This document shows, one piece after another, positions 9,016 through 15,894 of a DNA stretch of 24,000 bases. Source of the stretch: Cytophagales bacterium (GTDB lineage Bacteria > Bacteroidota > Bacteroidia > Cytophagales > Spirosomataceae); NCBI GenBank assembly GCA_038235275.1, contig JBBSUC010000019.1, forward strand, positions 32,372 to 56,371. Reading direction: 5' to 3'. The notes under the pieces were generated by a model. That model was given only the letters and a program-made list of their open reading frames with translations. It had not been told where the DNA came from and did not search any database. A program made the translations under genes and the position numbers. How positions within the stretch are numbered: position 1 is the first letter of the stretch; each line of letters begins with the position of its first letter.

Positions 9016-9020
9016 AGGTA
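9013..9020 (-). promoter_or_regulatory. Candidate Bacteroidota -7 box (TAnnTTTG) for the MFS gene
   Basis: The minus strand reads TACCTTTG, an exact match to TAnnTTTG. Its last three bases are the TTG at 9015 that the track uses as a start, which argues for the downstream TTG at 8958 as the real start. There is no clear -33 TTG. Confidence 0.3.
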
Positions 9021-9127
9021 ACGCCCGCTGTTGGGATAAAAAGCATAAAAATTGGTCTGAATGGGAATGTCCACCCGTGTTTTTTCGTTAGCGTGAAAAA
9101 ACAGCCAGAAGTTGCCGACTGCCCACC

Positions 9128-9694
9128 ATGCAAGACATCGAACCCTTTTACAACTGGGAAAAGCACTACGTAGCCAACCGCGATAAAAATTCGCCGTTTT
9201 ATGGCCGCGAACCCAATATTGACTATTACGAACACGATATTTACGGTTACTACATTCACCCGTTCTGGGATGAAATCGGTTCTGAGACGCTATATGTGAA
9301 AGTTTTATACGCTGATTACGCACAAAATTATGTCATCATCGAACTCTTCGGCGAGTGGAACGACGCCCTGCACAATGACATCATGTACTTCAAGCGACGC
9401 GTGGTGGACGAGTTCGTGGCCGTCGGCATTAACCAGTTCATCCTGATTGGTGAAAACGTCATGGACTTCCATGGCTCCGAAGACGACTATTACGCCGAGT
9501 GGTTCGACGACATCGAAGACGGCTGGATTGCTGCCGTCAGTTTCCGCGAACACGTGGAGCGCGAGTGGCAGCGCTTCCGGCTCGATTATTACCTCAATTT
9601 CGGTGGGACCTTACAGCTTGTCAACTGGCGCACTCTGACGCCCCAAGTTTTTTACGAGATTATCAAAGGGTTGATGATCAGAAGATTGACATAA
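9128..9694 (+). CDS. Hypothetical protein (aromatic-rich, possible STAS-like core)
   Basis: 188 aa ORF with an ATG start and no signal peptide or TM helix. A bidirectional terminator follows it. The segment VIIELFGEWNDALHNDIMYFKRRVVDEFVAVGINQFILIGENVMDFHGS resembles the beta-alpha-beta pattern of STAS / anti-sigma-antagonist folds. This is by eye only. Confidence 0.7.
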   Translation: MQDIEPFYNWEKHYVANRDKNSPFYGREPNIDYYEHDIYGYYIHPFWDEIGSETLYVKVLYADYAQNYVIIELFGEWNDALHNDIMYFKRRVVDEFVAVGINQFILIGENVMDFHGSEDDYYAEWFDDIEDGWIAAVSFREHVEREWQRFRLDYYLNFGGTLQLVNWRTLTPQVFYEIIKGLMIRRLT

Positions 9695-9727
9695 AAAAGG
9701 GCAAACCAGCACGGTCTGCCCTTTTTT
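9693..9727. terminator. Bidirectional rho-independent terminator
   Basis: An A6 run (9693-9698), a stem GGGCAAACC / GGTCTGCCC (9699-9721, one internal mismatch, 5 nt loop), then a T6 run (9722-9727). It sits between convergent genes. Confidence 0.65.
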
Positions 9728-9750
9728 ATGTTAGAGTAAAATTCCAGATC

Positions 9751-10248
9751 TTAATTATCAGTTAGGGTTTTGTCGATTGACGCCATCAATTCCTTTATTT
9801 CCTTCTCAGCGGTCACGAAGCGTTCGTCAGTCATAGGATTTTGGAGTTCGAGCAGATTGGCCTGTACTTTGTCGCGGTCGCTTACCAGTCCTTTGCGTTT
9901 TTCCACCCACTTTTCGCGGTTGGGTTGATTGGGGTCGGTTACTTTGGGGTCCAACTCGCTGATTTTCTCGCTTAGGGTCTTTTGTCGTCTCTGCAATTCC
10001 GTCATGTAATCCTTTTTTGCGGCGGCGAGTTCTTTGGCTTTATCCGCAAGTTCATCTCGTACCTGGGCTAAATCCGCCGTATCCTCAGCACTCTTAATTT
10101 CGGCGCGGGCGACATCGGCTTCGTCGAGAGCGTCGGCTTGTTCTTCGGCGTATTGTTCCTTGCTGTCTTTGTTGTTATCACAACTTGTCAGGAGCCAAGC
10201 CATGGTGATGCAGGCGTAAATAGCGGTGGCGATAACGACCTTTTTCAT
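9751..10248 (-). CDS. Hypothetical coiled-coil lipoprotein
   Basis: 165 aa ORF with an ATG at 10248. It has a signal peptide with a lipobox (WLLTSC). The mature part is charged, helical and coiled-coil-like (Asp/Glu/Lys/Ala rich). Confidence 0.72.
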   Translation of the reverse strand: MKKVVIATAIYACITMAWLLTSCDNNKDSKEQYAEEQADALDEADVARAEIKSAEDTADLAQVRDELADKAKELAAAKKDYMTELQRRQKTLSEKISELDPKVTDPNQPNREKWVEKRKGLVSDRDKVQANLLELQNPMTDERFVTAEKEIKELMASIDKTLTDN

Positions 10249-10391
10249 AGCGGAAGGTTAATTTTTGAGGATTGTATTGGGTTTCCAAAAAGGTCGGACA
10301 AAACCAATGCCATGACGCTTAAATCACTAGTCCGGGCAACACTGCGCAACAAATTCCTCATTGTTTCTCCGTCCCTTGACCCGCGACCTGC

Positions 10392-10422
10392 TTGCAAGCC
10401 AATGCCCAACTTCGTACATTTC
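10392..10422 (+). promoter_or_regulatory. Candidate promoter (TTG-N20-TAcaTTTC) for the repeat-protein gene
   Basis: TTG at 10392-10394 and TACATTTC at 10415-10422. The spacing fits the Bacteroidota -33/-7 architecture, but the last base of the -7 box is C rather than G. The TTG is the same triplet the ORF track uses as a start codon. Confidence 0.3.
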
Positions 10423-10454
10423 GCTTTCAACTCTCTAACCCTTATTATAGTCTT

Positions 10455-11351
10455 ATGGAAGAAAAACCAAACCCCGCCGCCGAAGAAGCCGCCGAATCAC
10501 TGGATCGCAAGCGGGCAGCTGCCGAAGAATTGGCCGCCGAAGGAAAAACCCTGGCAACCAAAGAAGTGACCAAAGCGGAGGCCAAGGCTGACGAAGTTAT
10601 CAAAGAAGTCGAGAATAAAATTACGGCAGAAGCCAAGGAGACGGAAGCCGAGGCCCTCGAAATGAAAGCCGCTGCGGCCGAAACAGCCAACCAGGCTAAG
10701 GCAGAAGCGCAGTCCCTGGTAGAAAAGGCCACCGACAAAGCCGCCGAAGTAAAGGAAGAAGCGACCGAAAAAGCCGCTGACGCCCAGGAGAAAGCCGAAG
10801 AAATCAAAGCTGAGGCCGTCGCGGAGGTAGACGATATGAAGGATAAAGCGGCGGAGAAAATCTCAGAAAATAAGACCGAAGTCCAGTCATTGGCCGACAA
10901 GGCGGCTGACAAGCTGGATGAAATGAAAGCAGGGGCTTCTGATAGAGCGACTGAAGCGAAAGCGAAGATAGCCTCTTTGTCCGACCGAGCCGCCGAAGAA
11001 ATGGGCGAACTGCGCGACCAGGCTACCAAAAAAGCCGGTGAAGCCAAAGCAAAGATCGAATCGTTGACCGCGAAAGCCGCCGAAGAAATGGAGGATTTCC
11101 GGGAAGACGCCGCCGAAAAAATGGCCGAGGTGAAGGAAAAAACCGCCGAGATCCGCGCCAAAGCCGCCGAAGAACTGGACGAATTGCGGGAAGAAGCCGA
11201 AGAAAAACTGTCCGTAGCCAAGGAGAAAGCCGCTAAAATTGCGGCCAAAGCCGCCGAAGAATTCGACGACATCAAAGAGGACGCCGCCGAAGCCCTGGAA
11301 GCCACCAAGACCAAAGCCAAAGGTTTCTGGGCGAAGCTTTTTGGAAAATAA
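10455..11351 (+). CDS. Ala/Glu/Lys-rich repeat protein (LEA- or apolipoprotein-like amphipathic helices) with a C-terminal amphipathic tail
   Basis: The track ORF starts at TTG 10392. The first ATG is 10455 (MEEKPNPAAEE...), giving 298 aa. There is no signal peptide. The sequence is almost entirely A/E/K/D/T with a 29-residue periodicity, and it ends in KGFWAKLFGK. Confidence 0.75.
   Translation: MEEKPNPAAEEAAESLDRKRAAAEELAAEGKTLATKEVTKAEAKADEVIKEVENKITAEAKETEAEALEMKAAAAETANQAKAEAQSLVEKATDKAAEVKEEATEKAADAQEKAEEIKAEAVAEVDDMKDKAAEKISENKTEVQSLADKAADKLDEMKAGASDRATEAKAKIASLSDRAAEEMGELRDQATKKAGEAKAKIESLTAKAAEEMEDFREDAAEKMAEVKEKTAEIRAKAAEELDELREEAEEKLSVAKEKAAKIAAKAAEEFDDIKEDAAEALEATKTKAKGFWAKLFGK
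10815..11348 (+). repeat. In-frame tandem 87 nt (29 aa) repeats within the CDS
   Basis: GCCGCCGAAGAA recurs at 10989, 11076, 11163 and 11250, exactly 87 nt apart. More diverged units start at 10815 and 10902, and the register continues weakly further upstream. Confidence 0.8.
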
Positions 11352-11399
11352 CACACGGTTTTTATAGCGGATTTAACTTAAATGGTTGATGAGTTAGTT

Positions 11400-11423
11400 T
11401 TAGCGTGAATACCCTCACGCTAA
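11400..11423 (+). other. Perfect 9 bp stem-loop downstream of the repeat-protein gene (possible terminator without a U-tract)
   Basis: TTAGCGTGA (11400-11408), loop ATACCC, TCACGCTAA (11415-11423). It lies 49 nt after the stop and has no T-run after it. Confidence 0.35.
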
Positions 11424-11583
11424 GACGCTCCATGCCCTATGCCACAGATTGGTCAATAAAATTTGTATCTCATGAAGGTTAAATTGCTTACTAAGGAGTA
11501 AAAAACGGCTTGGTTTTCCTTTCCAAGCGTGTAGAGACGGATGGAATGCCCGGCTTTAGCTCCCTCCTAAACCTTGAAAATAA

Positions 11584-13788
11584 ATGATGCAAATTGTACC
11601 AAAGACCGGTCTGGCGGGCCTGAAAGAGAACTGGCAGAGCGATTTATTGGCGGCGATTAGTGTCTTCCTTGTGGCCCTGCCGTTAGCGTTGGGCATTGCC
11701 ATCGCTTCGGAAGCTCCGCCTATGTCGGGCGTGTTTGCCGCTGTCATCGGGGGCATTGTCACTACTTTTTATCGAGGCAGCCACATTGCTATCAATGGGC
11801 CCACGGCGGGTCTGATCGCCGTGATTCTGGGTTCGGCCGTTACACTGAACGACGGCAGCGGCCAGACGCTGAACTATATTTTTGCCGCCATCGTGTTGGC
11901 GGGCGGCATTCAGGTATTGCTGGGCTTGCTCAAACTGGGACGTTTAGCCGAGGTGTTTCACTCGACAGTCATCCGTGGTATTTTGGCAGCCGTGGGCGTG
12001 ATTACCTTCGCCAAACAGATTCATGTGGCCTTGGGAACAGAAACCTTTTCAATTAAAGTTTTCGACATTTTGGGCGACGTTGTCCGGCAGATTCCCGAGA
12101 TCAACCCCTTCGTGACGATCATTGCGGCGGTGAGCCTGACAATTCTCATCGTCCATGCCCGCACCAGTCAGGGTCTTTTCAAATTGTTGCCCGCGCCCAT
12201 GTGGCTGCTGCTGGCGTCAATTCCATTCGCCTATGCTTTCGATTTTTTCGACACGCACATCATGACTTTTCTGGGAAAGGAGTATTTCGTAGGACCACAT
12301 TTGCTGGTATCGGTGCCCAACAATCCGTTGAATGCCATCATGTTTCCCGACTTTTCGCGAATTGGCGACTGGCCTTTCTGGACCTCGGTCATTTCCATCA
12401 CCATGATCGCCAGCATCGAGTCGTTAGCAGCCTGCAAGGCCATCGACAAGCTTGACCCCTATAGACGAAAAACGGATCTCAATAAAGACCTCGTCGGTGT
12501 CGGACTCAGCACCATGCTCTCGGGCCTGATCGGTGGGCTACCCATCATCACGGTGATAGTACGCAGCACGGTCAACATTCAGAATCACGCTAAAACTAAG
12601 TGGGCCAACTTCTACCACGGCCTTTTATTACTGCTTTTCATTTTCGTTCTCTCGCCCGTCATCCAGAAAATCCCACTGGCGGCACTGGCAGCGCTGCTGG
12701 TTTTCATTGGCTTCCGGCTGGCCTCGCCCAAGATTTTTCGGCTCGTATATGAACAGGGGTTCGAACAATTGGTGTTTTTCGTAAGCACGTTATTCATAAC
12801 TCTGCTTACTAACCTGCTCGTCGGCGTTTTTGGCGGACTGATCGTGGTGCTTGTCGCGCATATTTTTATTGCCAAAGTCAGTGTCCCGCAGTTTTTCCGG
12901 TTAATTTTCAAATCGAAATTCACACTGGAAAAGCAAGGCGAAAACACTTACGAACTAACGCTGGACGGCATCGCTAATTTCCTGACGACCATTCGGCTGA
13001 CCAACCTCATGGCAAAAATTCCCAATGGAGCTAAGGTGAACGTAAATACCGGACGGGCGCGGCTAATCGACCTCTCGATTATGGAACATCTGTACGATTT
13101 CCAGCGGCTGCACGTAGCCACTGAGGGCAAGGTTACGTTCTCAGGATTGGGCAGTTACTTTTCCACTTCCAAAAATAAACTGGCGCTGAAACTGCTGAAA
13201 GACCCCGAGGCGCAACTGTCGCCCCGGCAGTTACGCCTGAAAGCAATGGCCATCGAAAACAACTACGAATTTCAGCCCGAACCGAAGGAAGATCTGGATT
13301 ACCTGGAAACGTTTTATTTCTTCAGAAGCCGTCCTGTCGATGCCAAATACAACCGCATCTCGGGCCAAACGCGTGACTTGGCGTGGGAAATCTCCGACGT
13401 GCAGTTCGAGGTAGGGGCCTTCGAAGCCTATCAGGAATTTACGACCACCATCGACCTCATCAAGTTTCCCGACGCCATTCCCCGCTTCACGATCGAACGC
13501 AAAGATTTGTTGGACAAACTCATCGATCCCTCGTTGCGTAAGGACATCGACTACATCCACTACGAGAATTTTTCCAAAAAATTTATGGTGAAGGTCGAGG
13601 ACACCCACGCGATGGATAAATTTATGAATCCCGATTTGGAACGTCTCATCGAAGCCAGCAGCATCCAGCACCTGGAAAGCAACGGCGAGTCGATCATTAT
13701 TTTCAACGACGAACTAAAAAAAGCCAAGCGACGCGAGTTCGAGCAGTTGATCGCCTTTTCACAGAAGCTGATGCAGTTGATTCAGTAA
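11584..13788 (+). CDS. SulP-family inorganic anion transporter with a degenerate STAS region and an extra C-terminal domain of about 190 aa
   Basis: 734 aa ORF with ATG ATG at 11584/11587. The N-terminal motifs are typical of SulP (SDLLAAISVFLVALPLALGIAIASEAPPMSGVFAAVIGGIV), and the polytopic core runs to about aa 440. A STAS-like segment covers about aa 455-540, followed by an unassigned soluble domain. Confidence 0.9.
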   Translation: MMQIVPKTGLAGLKENWQSDLLAAISVFLVALPLALGIAIASEAPPMSGVFAAVIGGIVTTFYRGSHIAINGPTAGLIAVILGSAVTLNDGSGQTLNYIFAAIVLAGGIQVLLGLLKLGRLAEVFHSTVIRGILAAVGVITFAKQIHVALGTETFSIKVFDILGDVVRQIPEINPFVTIIAAVSLTILIVHARTSQGLFKLLPAPMWLLLASIPFAYAFDFFDTHIMTFLGKEYFVGPHLLVSVPNNPLNAIMFPDFSRIGDWPFWTSVISITMIASIESLAACKAIDKLDPYRRKTDLNKDLVGVGLSTMLSGLIGGLPIITVIVRSTVNIQNHAKTKWANFYHGLLLLLFIFVLSPVIQKIPLAALAALLVFIGFRLASPKIFRLVYEQGFEQLVFFVSTLFITLLTNLLVGVFGGLIVVLVAHIFIAKVSVPQFFRLIFKSKFTLEKQGENTYELTLDGIANFLTTIRLTNLMAKIPNGAKVNVNTGRARLIDLSIMEHLYDFQRLHVATEGKVTFSGLGSYFSTSKNKLALKLLKDPEAQLSPRQLRLKAMAIENNYEFQPEPKEDLDYLETFYFFRSRPVDAKYNRISGQTRDLAWEISDVQFEVGAFEAYQEFTTTIDLIKFPDAIPRFTIERKDLLDKLIDPSLRKDIDYIHYENFSKKFMVKVEDTHAMDKFMNPDLERLIEASSIQHLESNGESIIIFNDELKKAKRREFEQLIAFSQKLMQLIQ

Positions 13789-13789
13789 G

Positions 13790-13820
13790 TGGCTTGTCGA
13801 TATGGTTCAAGGCCATTTTT
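13790..13820 (+). terminator. Probable terminator after the SulP gene
   Basis: The stem is TGGCTTG (13790-13796) with CAAGGCCA (13808-13815), with one bulged C, followed by TTTTT (13816-13820). The T-run overlaps the cysM stop codon. Confidence 0.4.
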
Positions 13821-14691
13821 ATGCAAACAAATCACTCGATAAATAGCGGTCGCCCCGGTCGCAGACGATCGTCACAATAATACCAGAGTCCAATTCCTTC
13901 GCCAACTGCACGGCCGCCCAGGCCGCTCCGCCGCTACTCATGCCGGCAAACACGCCCTCTTCCCGCGCCAGGCGGCGCGTCATTTCGGTGGCGTTCTCGA
14001 CCGAAATCTCAATGACGCGATCCACGCGCTTGGGTTCAAAAATCTTTGGGAGGTATGCTTCCGGCCATTTCCGAATGCCGGGAATGCTGGCTCCGTCGGT
14101 CGGCTGGCAACCCACAATTTGTACATCGGGATTCTGCTCTTTCAAGTAGCGCGAAGTTCCCATGATGGTGCCCGTAGTACCCATAGACGATACGAAATGC
14201 GTGACTTTTTGCTCGGTATCGCGCCAGATTTCCGGCCCGGTACTGCGGTAGTGCGCCTTCCAGTTGTCGGGATTGGCGAATTGGTCGAGCATAAAATAGC
14301 CCGGCTCCTGCGACTTGGCGTTGGCATAGTCGCGGGCGCTCTCGATGCCATCGGTCAGGGTCACCTTGGCCCCGAAGGCTTCCATCGTCAGCACTCGTTC
14401 GCGGGTAGAGTTCTCGGGCATCACCAACTCGATGTCGATGCCGTAAGTGCTGGCGATCATCGCCAAAGCAATACCCGTATTGCCACTTGTCGCCTCAATC
14501 AGGCGCGTGTTTTTATCAATTTCACCCCGATCCAAAGCTCCCTTGATCATACTGAAAGCCGCGCGGTCCTTCACACTGCTGCCGGGATTGTTTCCTTCCA
14601 ACTTGCCATAAATAGTGACGTTGGGGTTGGGATTGATGCGTTTGAGTTCTACGAGCGGCGTGTTGCCGACGAGGTCGAGAATGGTGGACAT
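13819..14691 (-). CDS. cysM: Cysteine synthase B (O-acetylserine sulfhydrylase, PLP-dependent)
   Basis: 290 aa ORF with an ATG at 14691. By recall it is collinear with E. coli CysM along its whole length: GNTPLV, LEGNNPGSSVKDRAA (PLP lysine), EATSGNTGIALA, HFVSSMGTTGT, GSSIPGIR-like DGASIPGIRKWP and CDRGDRYLS. Confidence 0.93.
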   Translation of the reverse strand: MSTILDLVGNTPLVELKRINPNPNVTIYGKLEGNNPGSSVKDRAAFSMIKGALDRGEIDKNTRLIEATSGNTGIALAMIASTYGIDIELVMPENSTRERVLTMEAFGAKVTLTDGIESARDYANAKSQEPGYFMLDQFANPDNWKAHYRSTGPEIWRDTEQKVTHFVSSMGTTGTIMGTSRYLKEQNPDVQIVGCQPTDGASIPGIRKWPEAYLPKIFEPKRVDRVIEISVENATEMTRRLAREEGVFAGMSSGGAAWAAVQLAKELDSGIIVTIVCDRGDRYLSSDLFA

Positions 14692-14731
14692 ATTGTTGAA
14701 TCGTGTGATCGTTGAACTGTGTAATCGATGT
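14692..14731 (-). repeat. Tandem octamer leader directly abutting the cysM start codon
   Basis: The plus strand reads ATTGTTGA ATCGTGTG ATCGTTGA ACTGTGTA ATCGATGT. On the sense strand this is ...TACACAGT TCAACGAT CACACGAT TCAACAAT ATG. It shares a block of about 32 nt with the fadD leader. Confidence 0.7.
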
Positions 14732-14764
14732 TGATTTGTGGAGTTGGGTAGTCATCAAGATTTT

Positions 14765-14785
14765 CGTTGATCGTTGACCGTTAAC
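14765..14785 (-). repeat. Three tandem heptamers related to the leader motif
   Basis: The plus strand reads CGTTGAT CGTTGAC CGTTAAC, overlapping the stop codon of the MscS-family gene (14781-14783). Confidence 0.5.
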
Positions 14786-15773
14786 CCTTTCCTGGTTCGC
14801 CAGCACGGTCTTTTCTCCCTTCCTCCCCCTTTAATCTATCCGCAAAACCATCCCAGCCTTGCTTAAGATTTAAGTCATACTGATTGAACGGGATTTCAAT
14901 CCCTTCCTCCCGAAATTTCTCGAAAATCACGAAGCGAATCTCGCTCTTGATGTGCTCGATGCGCCAGGCGCTGTAGGTCCAGAAGAGCAATTGGTACACC
15001 ACGCTCGAATTACCAAAGTCGTTGATTCGAACTAGGGGAGTGGGGTTCTTGGCGATTTCGGCGTGTTCCTTCACGGAATCCAGCAGCACGGATTCTACGT
15101 GGCGGGGATCGCAACGATAGGCCACGCCCACCGTAATAATGAAGCGCGTCAGGGAACGGTTGTGCGACCAGTTGATGATATTATTGTTGATAAACTTGGA
15201 GTTCGGCACGATGATACCGATGGAGTCGCGGGTCTCGACGTTGGAAGTCCGCAACCCGACCTGCGTCACACGGCCGACCAGGCCATTGTCCAGCTCCACG
15301 ATGTCGCCGATGTTGATGCTACCCTCAAAGAGCAGGATCAGACCCGAAACCAGGTCGTTGAAAGTCTGCTGAAGGCCCAGGCCAACGCCTACCAGAAGTG
15401 CCGCAGAACCCGCCAGCAGGAACGAAAGCTCCATGCCCGTAACCTGTAGGGACAGCACGAAAACGACGACGTAGATGAAGTACTTGATCAGTTGAATCAC
15501 CGCCTCTTGCCGCCCCTTGTCCACCTGCTTGCGGCGGAAAAAACCCCGCCGCAGAATGGTCGATATGCCCCAGATCAGCAGACGGGCAACGGTTATCAAT
15601 ATGACGATCAATAGCACATCGAAGACCGTTATTTCGTAGCCTTTAATGCTAAAAAGGTCGAAATCCAGGAATTGTCGGATTTCTCGTGGCAGACCCCGGC
15701 TGATCTTTTCCGCCCCTTTTTCAATGGCGGGCTTGTTCTGCAACAGAAGAAATCCTAATAAAAACCCAAGCAT
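14781..15773 (-). CDS. Mechanosensitive ion channel family protein (MscS-like)
   Basis: It has TM helices followed by the conserved MscS beta-domain (INIGDIVELDNGLVGRVTQVGLRTSNVETRDSIGIIVPNSKFINNNIINWS). The track start at 15818 is TTG. The first ATG is 15773 (MLGFLLGFLLL...), preceded by an A-rich leader. Confidence 0.88.
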   Translation of the reverse strand: MLGFLLGFLLLQNKPAIEKGAEKISRGLPREIRQFLDFDLFSIKGYEITVFDVLLIVILITVARLLIWGISTILRRGFFRRKQVDKGRQEAVIQLIKYFIYVVVFVLSLQVTGMELSFLLAGSAALLVGVGLGLQQTFNDLVSGLILLFEGSINIGDIVELDNGLVGRVTQVGLRTSNVETRDSIGIIVPNSKFINNNIINWSHNRSLTRFIITVGVAYRCDPRHVESVLLDSVKEHAEIAKNPTPLVRINDFGNSSVVYQLLFWTYSAWRIEHIKSEIRFVIFEKFREEGIEIPFNQYDLNLKQGWDGFADRLKGEEGRKDRAGEPGKG

Positions 15774-15823
15774 TTTTAGTTCTATTTTTTTCGGGTGTCC
15801 GCTGCGGCATCTTGCCAATCACG

Positions 15824-15871
15824 AAAAAAAGCACCCCATCGTTTTCCTTTTGCTCAGAATACAATGGGGTG
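15824..15871 (-). terminator. Rho-independent terminator after the lipase gene
   Basis: On the minus strand: CACCCCAT (15871-15864), a 24 nt loop, ATGGGGTG (15839-15832), then C plus T7 (A-run 15824-15830 on the plus strand). It lies 24 nt after the stop at 15895. Confidence 0.55.
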
Positions 15872-15894
15872 AAATGTAAGCAAATATTTTTGGA

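Noticed and set aside
10445-11356. 303 aa Ser/Ala-rich ORF, plus a 155 aa Gly/Phe-rich ORF, antisense to the repeat-protein gene.
   Set aside because: This is an artefact of the GCN/GAA/AAR-rich repeat DNA, because the complement of an Ala/Glu/Lys codon array is also stop-free. The sense frame has an ATG start, a candidate promoter and a coherent 29-mer periodicity ending in a defined tail.
11472-11501. Nine-codon upstream ORF (MKVKLLTKE) and a TAAGGAG sequence in the 232 nt region upstream of the SulP gene, considered as a leader peptide or riboswitch.
   Set aside because: I can match no known riboswitch consensus by eye. The upstream ORF is too short to evaluate, and the organism otherwise shows no Shine-Dalgarno usage. 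The hairpin at 11508-11528 (GCTTGG/CCAAGC) is only 6 bp.
11584-14691. SulP transporter plus cysM considered as a sulfate-assimilation operon.
   Set aside because: The genes are convergent and share only a terminator region, so they cannot be co-transcribed. SulP substrate specificity also cannot be read from the sequence.
14692-14785. The short tandem repeats at 2255-2289, 14692-14785, 19605-19636 and 20638-20658, considered as CRISPR arrays or minisatellite contingency loci.
   Set aside because: The units are 7-8 nt with no spacers and only 3-5 copies, and they lie outside coding frames. This is not CRISPR architecture, and there is no homopolymer or in-frame repeat that would give phase variation.
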